Source: Cyanophora paradoxa CCMP329
Taxonomy: Eukaryota; Plantae; Glaucophyta
NCBI GenBank assembly: GCA_004431415.1
Contig: QPMI01000005.1
Span: forward strand, 1,255,170 to 1,319,169
Length of the DNA: 64,000 nucleotides
Direction: 5' to 3'
This document shows positions 45,601-56,117 of the stretch, in pieces (position 1 is the stretch's first letter; each line of letters starts with the position of its first letter). A program made the position numbers and the translations under genes. The notes under the pieces were generated by a model, which saw only the letters and a list, made by a program, of their open reading frames with translations, searched no databases and had not been told where the DNA came from.

Positions 45601-47091
45601 CAGGAGCTCTTTACCCAGTACACGGAAGAGCACCGGGCCGCCCTCCTCGCCGACGGCGCCCGGGGCTCGGACCCGGGCTTTATCTTCTGCAAGTACGACG
45701 GCGGGCCGATGAGCGTCACGGGATTTACCGCGTACTTTAAAAAGGTGAGCGTACCTCGGTCCCCCCCGTCGGCGCGCCCCGACGACGACGACGCCCGCCG
45801 CCGCCAGGCGACGCTCCGCTGGACGAAGAAGGAGATCCCGCCGCGCCTCCTGCGCAGCGTCGTGAGCACGTGGGTGCGGGACAAGAGCGCCGAGGGGGCC
45901 ATCACCGCCGACGTCGCCGACGGGATCATCCGCGGCACCGCCAAGCTGCTGGCCCATACGCCGCGCGTCGCGACGCTCCACTACGACGTGCACGCCAAGC
46001 AGCGCGAGGCGGCGACGGCGGCGGCCTGGTTCGAGCACGCCGCGCTCGAGTACGAGGCCCGCCGCGCCGAGCGGGACCGCCCGGCGACGCCGCCGGCGCT
46101 CGAGGGGCCGCCGGCGCCCAAGGGACCGTCGCCGCGGAAGCAGAAGAAGGCGGCGGCGAGGGCGCCGCCGGAGCGCGCGAGCGCGATGGCGGTCGAGGAG
46201 CTGCCGCCGGCGCCGCCGCTCCCGTCGCCCGACTCGCCGCTGCCGGGCGGGCGGGCCGCCGCCGTCGGCGCCGCCGTCCCGAGCACCGCCGCCAAGGGGG
46301 CCAAGGGACGGGACGACGGCGGGAGCGAGGAAGAGGACGGGGGGAGCTCGGAGGAGGAGGACGAGGAGGACGAGGAGGATCCCGGCGACCGCGTGCGCCG
46401 CCCTCCTCTTCCCCCCACAGGATCCCGCCCGCCGCGCCGCCGCCGCCCCCCGACGCCCCCCGCAGATGGAGCGCGAGCTCGCCGAGGCCGAGAACCGCTG
46501 GTGCGCGGCGTGCAGGACGATCTTCGGCACCCGAAAGGGCCTGGCGCGGCACCGCGGTCACTGCAAGGGCGCGGGGACCCCGGACGGCAAGATCGTACCG
46601 TCCGGGGTGCCCGTCGCCGTGCCCGCCGAGATGCCGCCGCCGCCGCCGGTCGCGTGGCACCTGCGCTGGATCAGCCCGGCGCCCCTCCGGCCGCGCGGCG
46701 TGTACGCGGCGCTCGCCTCGCGCGGCGGGGACCCGCTCCCCACGATCCTGGTGGCGCGCGCGCTCCTCCCCGCCGTGCCGCTCCCGTCGGGCCAGTACGA
46801 GAGCCGCCTGACGCTCCTGCGGCACTACGGCTCGCTCTACGTCGCCGTGACCGAGGGGAGCGCGGCGGACTACACGTACCCGTCGGGCCTCGTCGAGGTG
46901 GAGTACCGCGGGAGCAACGGCGCCATCGACCTGGTGACGCGCTCCAGCGAGATCGCCCAGCGCCTCGGCCTGGGGCCCGCCGCGGCGCCCTCGCCGCCCC
47001 CGGCGGCCGAGCAGGACGGCGGCGGCGCCGTCGTGCGCAGGACGGGGCGGCGGCGCGGTCGGCCCCCCAAGTCGCTGCGGCGCGGCCCGTG
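42603..47091 (+). CDS. Multi-exon polyprotein-like gene: Ulp1/C48 protease + tyrosine recombinase + C2HC Zn finger + AT-hook
   Basis: Protease: WLQDAQI...VLCPVS...GGHW|ILLAVD...WFDSLG...QTDSFQCGIW|VC. Recombinase: RFLRYLKDERG..PLTQVNY...CPARVAVVRKLRIG...HKTAKIHG...PRLLRS...LLAHTPRVATLHYD. Then CAACRTIFGTRKGLARHRGHC and RRRGRPPK. Confidence 0.8.
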
Positions 47092-47497
47092 AGGGGGGGA
47101 CGGGCGGGTGAAACGCAGAAAGAGGGGGTCCCCGCGCGGCGCACGGCGGGACGGCGCGATGGAGGTGGATCCGACGGCCCGGCCGCCGACGCCGCGCCCT
47201 CCCATCGGCCTCCCGCTCGCCCCGCCGGCCCTCGGAGACGTCCCGCCCCAGGGAACCGTGCTGCGCCCGATCGCGAGGATCCTGCCGCCCGTCGGGCCGT
47301 CGGCGAAGCGGGAGCGGCGCGAGCGGGGAGGCTGGGCGGGCGGGACGGCGCACCCCGCACTCTATGGCTTTGCCGCGCCGGCGCCGCCGCGCCAGTAGGA
47401 TCCCGTCCCCCGCCTTTGCGCACCTGCTGTCGAGCGTGAGAAACGAGTAAATAGATGCGGGGCGGACGGGCACCCCGCCAGAACGACGCGCGTAGCC

Positions 47498-48270
47498 ATG
47501 GTTGAGGGGGACGGCGGGGCGCAGCCTGCAGCGGCAGATCCGCCAATGGAGGAAAAGGAAGCGACGGCGGCGACGGGGACAGAGTCCGGCGGGAGCGCGC
47601 CCGACCGGGCCCCCGCCGCCGAGGGGAAGAAAGAGCCCGCCACGCCGCCGCCGTCGGATCGCGAGCCGACGCCGCCGCTCCGCACTCCCGGCAAGATCCT
47701 TCCGCTCCACCTAAGGTACAAGAAGCAGGTCGGCCGACGCGGCGCGCCCCGCTCCCGCCCCCGCCGCCCGCGCCCTCACCTCGTTGCCGCGCAGCTGGTG
47801 ACCTACATCATCCGGAACGAGGCGGCGAGGCCCGTGGCGTACGTGGGCTCGACGAGCGACATGCAGCGCCGCCTGCGCGAGCACAACCACGGTCCGAGGC
47901 CGCGTGCGCCGCGCCGCGCCCTCCATCCGAACCCGCTCGCTGCGCAGGGAGCAAGTTCAGCTACACCAAGGGCAAAGGTGCGCCGGCCCCGCCGGCCGGC
48001 CGGTCGCGCGCGCGCACGCGCACCGCATCCACAACGCCTCGGGCAGGTCCGTGGAGCGTGGTGTGCATCGCGCACGGCTTCAAGAGCGTGGCGGTGTGCC
48101 GGGCGTTTGAGCGCTCGGTCAAGGACGGCGGCGGAGGGCTCGAGCGCAAAAAGGGCGTCATGAGGCGTCTCGCCGCCGAGTTTAGCTCGCCGGAGACGCC
48201 CATCGCGGTCGAGGAGCTGGCGGAGGAGGACGCGGGGTCGAGCTCGCAGGGCTCGGGCGAGGGCGGGTAG
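47498..48270 (+). CDS. Multi-exon GIY-YIG endonuclease (SLX1-like)
   Basis: Spliced: VTYIIRN..RPVAYVGSTSDMQRRLREHNH|GSKFSYTKGK|GPWSVVCIAHGFKSVAVCRAFERSVK. Confidence 0.82.
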
Positions 48271-49084
48271 CCGGCCGGCGGATCGCTGGATCCACGCGGG
48301 TACCTGCCGGGATGCGGGAGCGCGTGAGCCGGCGGCCGGGCGATGACCGGGAGCGGCGAGGCGGCGGGGCGCGGGGGGGGGCGCTCCCCGCGATATAGCT
48401 AGCGTTAGCTAAGGTGTGAACCTCTTTTAGATGCGATTGCTACCGATTGAAAGGGGAACGGACGCACGGGCTCGCCGGCGATGCCGCGGGCCGCGGCGGA
48501 TCGACGGGGGAGATGGAGCGAGGCGGCCAAGGGATGCGCGAGCGTACGGGCGCCGAAAGGGGGTGCACGGCGCAGCGCTGCCGCGGAGAGGGGCGCCGCA
48601 TCCGTAGCACGCTGTACCCCCCTCGGGCTCGCCATCGAAATCGATCTCGGCGTGCGGCCCGCCGCGGGCGTTAAGTTTGTTGGATTCCGGATCTATGGCG
48701 CCTCCAACCTCGCATTCGTTTGCGTCTATCGCCCGGCGCCCCTTTGCGGCCGAGGGCGGCCTCGCCCCGTCGTGCCGCCCGGGTCCGGCGGCCGTGTGCG
48801 GGCGTCGGCGCGTGTGGATTCGCGGTCCTGCGTCGTCTGCGCGCTTCGGAGTGCCGGTGCGCTGCGGCGCTTTGCAGGGACCGCTCGCCCCGCCGGCCGA
48901 TCCGGCCCGGCGCGGTCGGGCGGGCTCCGGGAGCGTGTGCGCTACGTTTGTATTGGTCCGACACGGCTATCTGTGCGCAGCACGTCGCGCTCGTCTGCCC
49001 CCGTGCAGACTAGTGCTCCGGCGCGCCGCGCCGGTCTAGATCTGGCCCCGGACCGTCCCGGGCGCCCGCCGACCGCGCGGGCCC

Positions 49085-49960
49085 TCAGTCGCTGCCCTCG
49101 CCTCGGATCCGGCGGCGCAGCTGGATGTCCTGCGAGCGAGAGGCCGGCGTCGGGGCGAGAGGGCGGCATAGAGGGCGCGGGCGGGCGCCCTAGGCCTCGC
49201 GATCGGCCGGCGCCGGCGCCGCGCGCTTTCCCACCTTTGGAGCGATCGTGATCCGGTTGCGGTGGATTGCCAGCAGGTTTGCTTCGTCAAAGGTTCTAAT
49301 CAGGTGCATTTCCGTCGCCTCGCGAAGCGCCAGGATCGCGTCCCGACTCCAGCGCAGCTCATCGGCGTCGAACCCGGCCTCTTCGCGGCGCTTCTTCTCG
49401 AAATGGGCGATCTCCTTGACCTGAAGGTACGCGCCCCGCCGCACTCTTACGTCGGCCCCGGCCCGCACGGGGCGCGCGACGGAGCGCACCAGGCGCTCAA
49501 AGGGCGCGTAGGCGATGAGCGGATCGAAGCTCTTCTGGTACTTTCGGATCTGCAGGGGTGCGCGTGCGGCCGCCCCGGTGCCGGGGGCGCGGGGCGGGCT
49601 CTCCGGTTAGCAGAGGCCGCGCGCGGCGAGGGCGGAGAGGGGGAACGGGACCTCGCGGAGCGCGACCGTCCCTGTTGCACCCCCCGGCTCGCCCCGCTCA
49701 GCCGCCGATCGCGCGATGCCCCGGCCCGGCGGGGACGGCGGGCGCACCGGGACGGTACCTGCGAGCGGCGGTCACGCGGCGCCGGCGGCGGCGGCGCGCG
49801 CGAGGGGGTGGGAGGCGGGCGGGGGCGGGAGCGGCCGCCTGTGCGGTTTCTTGACGCCGCCGGCCGCCGGCGCGCTCTTCCGCGCGGCCTTGGACGAAAG
49901 GCGCTTCCGCGGCGCTTTGCTCCCCGTCGAATGCCTGGCCGCTTGCTTGATGCGTGCCAT
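49085..49960 (-). CDS. H3: Divergent histone H3 variant, 6 exons
   Basis: Spliced: [40 protein letters not shown]|RYRP|GTVALRE|[20 protein letters not shown]|[62 protein letters not shown]|[14 protein letters not shown]. Confidence 0.93.
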
Positions 49961-50074
49961 GGTGGGCCGCTCTCGGCGCGCCCCCCCCCACTGTTACGAT
50001 TTCCACCCGCTCGTATTTGTATGTTTGAAATGAATCTTATTGCATTCAAATAAACATGTACAAGGGACAGCTCG

Positions 50075-51980
50075 AAGGCGCTGCGGATCCGGACGAGTGC
50101 CCGGCGGCGTTCCTTCTCCGGGACGGCGTGCCGCCGCCCTCGTCGGGCCGCCCACCGCATACCGCGCTCTCGGAACGGCCTGCGGAGCGGAAGTTTACCT
50201 CGAGGCGGCCCGGCGGCGGGGGGCGAGCGGGGGGCCCACCTCGCCGGACGCTAACGTTTACTTCCCAGGTCGTTTCCGGACGGCGTTACACGCACAGCCG
50301 GTCGCGAGGGCGCTGCGGACGAGTGCCCCGTCGTCGGAGGCGTTCCTTCTCCGGGACGGCGTGCCGCCGCCCTTGTCGGGCCGCCCAGCGCATACCGCGC
50401 TCTCGGAACGGCCTGCGGAGCGGAAGTTTGCCTGACGATCGCGGCGGCGCGGCGGCGGGGCGAGCGGGGTGCCCACCTCGCCGGACGCTAACGTTTACTT
50501 CCCAGGTCGTTTCCGGACGGCGTTACACGCACAGCCGGTCGCGAGGGCGCTGCGGACGAGTGCCCCGTCGCCGGAGGCGTTCCTTCTCCGGGACGGCGTG
50601 CCGCCGCCCTTGTCGGGCCGCCCAGCGCATACCACGCTCTCGGAACGGCCTGCGGAGCGGAAGTTTGCCTGACGATCGCGGCGGCGCGGCGGCGGGGCGA
50701 GCGGGGTGCCCACCTCGCCGGACGCTAACGTTTACTTCCCAGGTCGTTTCCGGACGGCGTTACACGCACAGCCGGTCGCGAGGGCGCTGCGGACGAGTGC
50801 CCCGTCGCCGGAGGCGTTCCTTCTCCGGGACGGCGTGCCGCCGCCCTTGTCGGGCCGCCCAGCGCATACCACGCTCTCGGAACGGCCTGCGGAGCGGAAG
50901 TTTGCCTGACGATCGCGGCGGCGCGGCGGCGGGCGAGCGGGGTGCCCACCTCGCCGGACGCTAACGTTTACTTCCCAGGTCGTTTCCGGACGGCGTTACA
51001 CGCACAGCCGGTCGCGAGGGCGCTGCGGACGAGTGCCCCGTCGCCGGAGGCGTTCCTTCTCCGGGACGGCGTGCCGCCGCCCTTGTCGGGCCGCCCAGCG
51101 CATACCACGCTCTCGGAACGGCCTGCGGAGCGGAAGTTTGCCTGACGATCGCGGCGGCGCGGCGGCGGGGCGAGCGGGGTGCCCACCTCGCCGGACGCTA
51201 ACGTTTACTTCCCAGGTCGTTTCCGGACGGCGTTACACGCACAGCCGGTCGCGAGGGCGCTGCGGACGAGTGCCCCGTCGCCGGAGGCGTTCCTTCTCCG
51301 GGACGGCGTGCCGCCGCCCTTGTCGGGCCGCCCAGCGCATACCACGCTCTCGGAACGGCCTGCGGAGCGGAAGTTTGCCTGACGATCGCGGCGGCGCGGC
51401 GGCGGGGCGAGCGGGGTGCCCACCTCGCCGGACGCTAACGTTTACTTCCCAGGTCGTTTCCGGACGGCGTTACACGCACAGCCGGTCGCGAGGGCGCTGC
51501 GGACGAGTGCCCCGTCGCCGGAGGCGTTCCTTCTCCGGGACGGCGTGCCGCCGCCCTTGTCGGGCCGCCCAGCGCATACCACGCTCTCGGAACGGCCTGC
51601 GGAGCGGAAGTTTGCCTGACGATCGCGGCGGCGCGGCGGCGGGGCGAGCGGGGTGCCCACCTCGCCGGACGCTAACGTTTACTTCCCAGGTCGTTTCCGG
51701 ACGGCGTTACACGCACAGCCGGTCGCGAGGGCGCTGCGGACGAGTGCCCCGTCGCCGGAGGCGTTCCTTCTCCGGGACGGCGTGCCGCCGCCCTTGTCGG
51801 GCCGCCCAGCGCATACCACGCTCTCGGAACGGCCTGCGGAGCGGAAGTTTACCTCAAGGCGGCCCGGGGGCGGGGCGAGCGGAGACCTACCTCGCCGGAC
51901 GCTAACGTTTACTTCCCAGGTCGTTTCCGGACGGCGCTATACGCACAGCCGGTCGCGAGGGCGCTGCGGACGAGTGCCCC
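50075..51980. repeat. Tandem array E, ~237 bp unit, ~8 highly homogeneous copies
   Basis: gctaacgtttacttcccagg at ~50250, 50487, 50724, 50960, 51197, 51434, 51671 and 51901; homologous to array C. Confidence 0.95.
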
Positions 51981-52889
51981 GCGCGCCCTGCTGGCGGACG
52001 GGGAGCTGGCGGCCGGGTGGGGCAACTCCCGGCGATGCTAGAGGAACGGAGCTCGGCGGGGATCGCAGCTGAATCCGAAATCCATCATTGCGCTCGAGCG
52101 AGATCTAGGGGGCTGCTGCGGTTTGGTTCGGTTCGATGCGCGCAGCTCCACTCGTAGCAGTTGGAGTCGACGAAACGCAACTATCGCAAGTATACGTAGC
52201 GTCGCAAGCCGGCTCCATCGATATCGGTGCACGCCGGAGCAACTCGACGGTGCAATGTTGTACGCCGGCGAGAAACCGCCCCCCATATAACAAACGCGTA
52301 CCCCCCTCCCGCTTAATCGTTTGGTGCGACGATTAAGACTCTCGACACTGCGACTCGGTGCGGCCGAGACCGCGACGGAATCCGCATTTAAATGTGTTGC
52401 TCGGCCTCAAAATACAAGCAAAGCCCCGCACGCGCCGGCGTAACCGAGATTCGGATGCGCCGTGCGTCAACGTTGCCCGCGGCGGGGCGAGACGGGACTG
52501 GAGCTCGCTGAAGCGCACTTATTACGAGTTTAATTGCGTATACGCGTACATTGGTGTGGTTGGAGATCGGTACAGTGCAAGGACACGGGATTTGTACGGC
52601 ACTCGGACCATGCACAGGGACCGCCAAGGGCGGGCGCGTCACGGCCGGCCGTTCCGGCGGCGGTAGTGACTTTCACGCAAGGCACCTTTCGTCTTTAAAA
52701 GTTTGCACGGCTGGATCGTTCCGGATGGCGCCGCCGGCGCCGTCCCGCCGGCCGGGTCAGGGGCCCACCGCACGTGGGCCAACCCCCGCACCCCCCGGGG
52801 GGGCCGGCCTGGGGGCACACCACATAAAAGGAAGCGCCCGCAGGGTGGGGGCTACCATCGGCGCTGCCCCCCCGGGACGAACCGCGATC

Positions 52890-53594
52890 ATGAGCTCATC
52901 CGCCACCTCCAACGTCAAAGCCGATGCCCCCTGCGCAGCCTCTCCCCCCAGCCCCGCGCCCACCACGACCGAACCCGATGTCGCCCCGCCCGCCCCTCCC
53001 GCCGCCCAACGCGGCGCCACGCGGGACGACGCCGGCAACGTGATCGACGCCGTGTGCTCCCGCTGCCGCGAGCGCAAGCCGGCGTCGGCTTTTACCCCCT
53101 CCAAGCTCATCGCGCGGTCGTACGAGTGCCGCGCCTGCATCACCACGCTCGAGCGCGAGAAACGCGCCCTGTGGCGATCCATGCACCCACCGCGCGAGCG
53201 CGTCAAGCTGGGTCCCATCTCGAGCGAGCCCCGGACGGAGCGGCGCTGCGGGAGGTGCAAGCAGACGAAACCCATCGCCGAGTTTTCCGCCAAATGCCGC
53301 CGGTGCCACGCGTGCTCGCGCGAAAAGAACAAAAACTGGAGGAGGCGGCAGGCGGAGATACGCGATCGCTACGGTGCCCTCCGCAGCGCCCTCGTGAGCA
53401 TCGTCGGCGGCATGGGGTGCCCCGCGGACGTGGCTCGCGCGCTCGCCGAGCTGGGGGACGAGCGTCTGCACGAGGCCCTCGCGCGCGCCGGCGCGGCGGA
53501 TGCGGAGACCTCGCCCACCACGACCGCGACGGAGGTGACCTCGCCCCGCGGCGCAGAGACCGATGGGATCCAAGAACTCGAGGTTTCCGCGTAG
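52890..53594 (+). CDS. Tandem C4 Zn-finger protein (Stc1-like pattern)
   Basis: CSRCRERKPASAFTPSKL..RSYECRAC and CGRCKQTKPIAEFSAKCRRCHAC; CATAAAAG upstream. Confidence 0.65.
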   Translation: MSSSATSNVKADAPCAASPPSPAPTTTEPDVAPPAPPAAQRGATRDDAGNVIDAVCSRCRERKPASAFTPSKLIARSYECRACITTLEREKRALWRSMHPPRERVKLGPISSEPRTERRCGRCKQTKPIAEFSAKCRRCHACSREKNKNWRRRQAEIRDRYGALRSALVSIVGGMGCPADVARALAELGDERLHEALARAGAADAETSPTTTATEVTSPRGAETDGIQELEVSA

Positions 53595-53846
53595 GTAAGA
53601 ATCGATATAGAAATAGATATTCTATGTTCTTTGCAAATTACATTCCAAGGGTACAAAAATTGGTTACCAAGATCGCACGTAACGCGATGCACCTACGCGA
53701 GCGGGTCGTGCCGTGGGGGAGAGTGTGAGATTTCTTATTGCAATGCGCGGCGGTGGGTAAATTGAACACCATAAGTCGCGTACACGCCGAGTAAAAACCG
53801 ACCTAATGCAAACTCTCTACCATTACGGAAATGAGGACCAAATAAC

Positions 53847-55884
53847 TCACTCCTGCATCGAATCCTTATCGTGCGCATCGTCGCCGTCGGTGTCCGAGTC
53901 GTCATTGGCGCATTTTTTTCTCGGCGACCTTTGCACGCTTAGCCGACTTGCGTTTTCCGCCGGTCGCATCGTCGCCGTTTGCGTCGTCGCTCTTGGTGCG
54001 CTTCTTCTTCGTCGTTTTCTTCTCCGCGACTTCCTCGGCGGTCTTCGGACGCACGGACGTCTCGCGCTCTTCCTTGGTTACCTGGTCGTTGTTGGGGGTT
54101 GGTTTGACCTTGCGCGCCCATTTCTTTGACTGCGTCTTCCAATCCCAGTTCGAGTATTCGACGAGCAAATTCCACAGGTAATCATCCGTATCGCCCTCGA
54201 AGAGCTGGTGGACCTTGAGGCCAAACTCCTCCTCGCTTTCGTGCTTGGCCACGAGAACGTCCTCCAGGACGGCCCGCAGGTCGTCTCCGAGGGCGGCTAG
54301 CTTGCCTCCGTGGGCGGCCTTTTGCATTCGCTTGGCCGCGTTGACCGTGTTGAACCTGGCCAGTTCCTCCTCGTCCACTCGTCCGTCGGTTGCGTACAGC
54401 GCGTAGAGAATCTCGATCGCGAGTAAGACGCGACTCTTGAGGGCCATCTTCAGCGCATGGAGCCTGGCTTTACCAAATACCTCGACCAGCGTCGCGGGGT
54501 TTTTGGGCGCCGCGCACTCTTCCACAAGCTGCGACAAGTCCTCTTGGGGTAGGATATCGCACTTGAATCTGACGTCGACGTCGGTGAGCAACTTTGAAAG
54601 CTTCTTCGGGTCCTTGTACGTGCCGGCGTGAGGCTCTTTGAACAGCGGTAGGTAGTGATTGTCCCGCGGCTTTTTGGTCGCGCTGGGCACCCCACCTTTG
54701 CCCGACGGGGCAGCCGCCTCGTTTCCCGCGACAGCCGCCTCCTGGGCGACAAAGGGGAAGCGTTTGGCGAGGTGCCGCGTGATCACCTCGCGCCCCACCT
54801 CGGACACCGCGTCCTTGGTCGGGCACGTGTCGAGGTCGTCCGACGCGGTCACGTAGATCGCCCCGTTGTTTTCGCCGAGGTCCACGCGGGTCGCGTCGAC
54901 CGGGAAGCTTCCGATGACGCGTCCCTTCCAGACGACGAGGACCCGTCCGACGCCAAACTCGAACGGACGCTTGGCGTACGGTCCGTTGGGGTCCGGACGA
55001 CCGCGGTAAATGATGACGTCCTTGTCGCGGACGCATTGACCGTCGTCTAGGACCGCCCCGTACAGCAGGCACGACTTGATGGGAACCCCGTTGATCGAAA
55101 CGAAACAATGACCCTCTTTGTCCTCCGAGTCGATTGTGGGGTAGAGGGCCGCAAGGAACTCGCGAAACGAGGCGATCGAGTCCGCCTTGCGGTTCGCCAG
55201 GACGAGGTCCGCGTCCGTTTCGACCCAGCTCGCGTGGGTCCCGTTGTAGTTGAACAGCGTGACGCTCGTCGCGCCACCCCCGTTCTCCGCGTCGAGGGTT
55301 CGCTGGTGCGCAAACTCGCGTTGCACGTGCTCCACGAGCGCGCCGGCGAGCGTCGAACCGGCGACGGACCGGAGGCAGTCCAGCAGCCCGGACTCGGTGA
55401 TCTTCTCGCCGTGGGCCTTTAGGCCGGCAAACCGCGCAACGTGCTGCACCTTTTGTCCCTCGAGATTCTGCACGTTGAACAGCAGGAGAGCGTGGTAATC
55501 GCCGCCCTTGCGCGTCAGCACGACGGTGACCTCGGCCCCCGAGGCGTACGCCGCGTAGATCAGCCCGCACCCGTACCGCGAGAGCGTACCCTTGCGCGAG
55601 TCGTCCGGCGCGCGCCCCAGCTCTCCAATCCGGAGCAGAATCTTCGAGGGGATGCCGCCGGACCGGTCACGAAAGGTCAGGGTCGGCGCGGGGTTGCCCG
55701 AGTCGCCGAGATCCGCGTGAAGGATGTCGACCGCGCGCTCCTTGGGCTTGCCGGCCGCGGAGACGAGCGCGTTGTCGATGATCTCGGCCTTGTCTCCGAA
55801 TCCGGGCGTCTTGAACGTTGCGCCGGCGACGAGGTGGTCGGCGGAGACGGTAATGGGGGCTCCGTGGGGCGGGACGGTCGCCAT
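53847..55884 (-). CDS. MORC-type GHKL ATPase
   Basis: AEIIDNA...LTFRDRSGGI...LSRYGCGLIYAAYASGAEVTVVLTRK parallels MORC AELIDNA..DDGxGM..IGQYGNGLK...VFTK. A poly-A slip at ~53915 probably hides the true stop at 53847. Confidence 0.72.
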
Positions 55885-56117
55885 TCTCCGGTGGGGGTGT
55901 GCACGAGGGGGGCCGCGACACTCCCTTTTATGTAGTACGTGGCCCGTCCCATCCCCCCGGGGCCCTGCGGGAGGGAGGGGGCGCGCGGGGGGGAGGAGGA
56001 GGGGGGTGGGGCGGCGGCGGGGAGGGGTGGGCGGGGGGCCGAAATATGGGTACGTGAAATCTAAGGGCACGTGGCATACGACTGCCCGACGGACCGGGAG
56101 TATGAAGCTGGCCGCGA

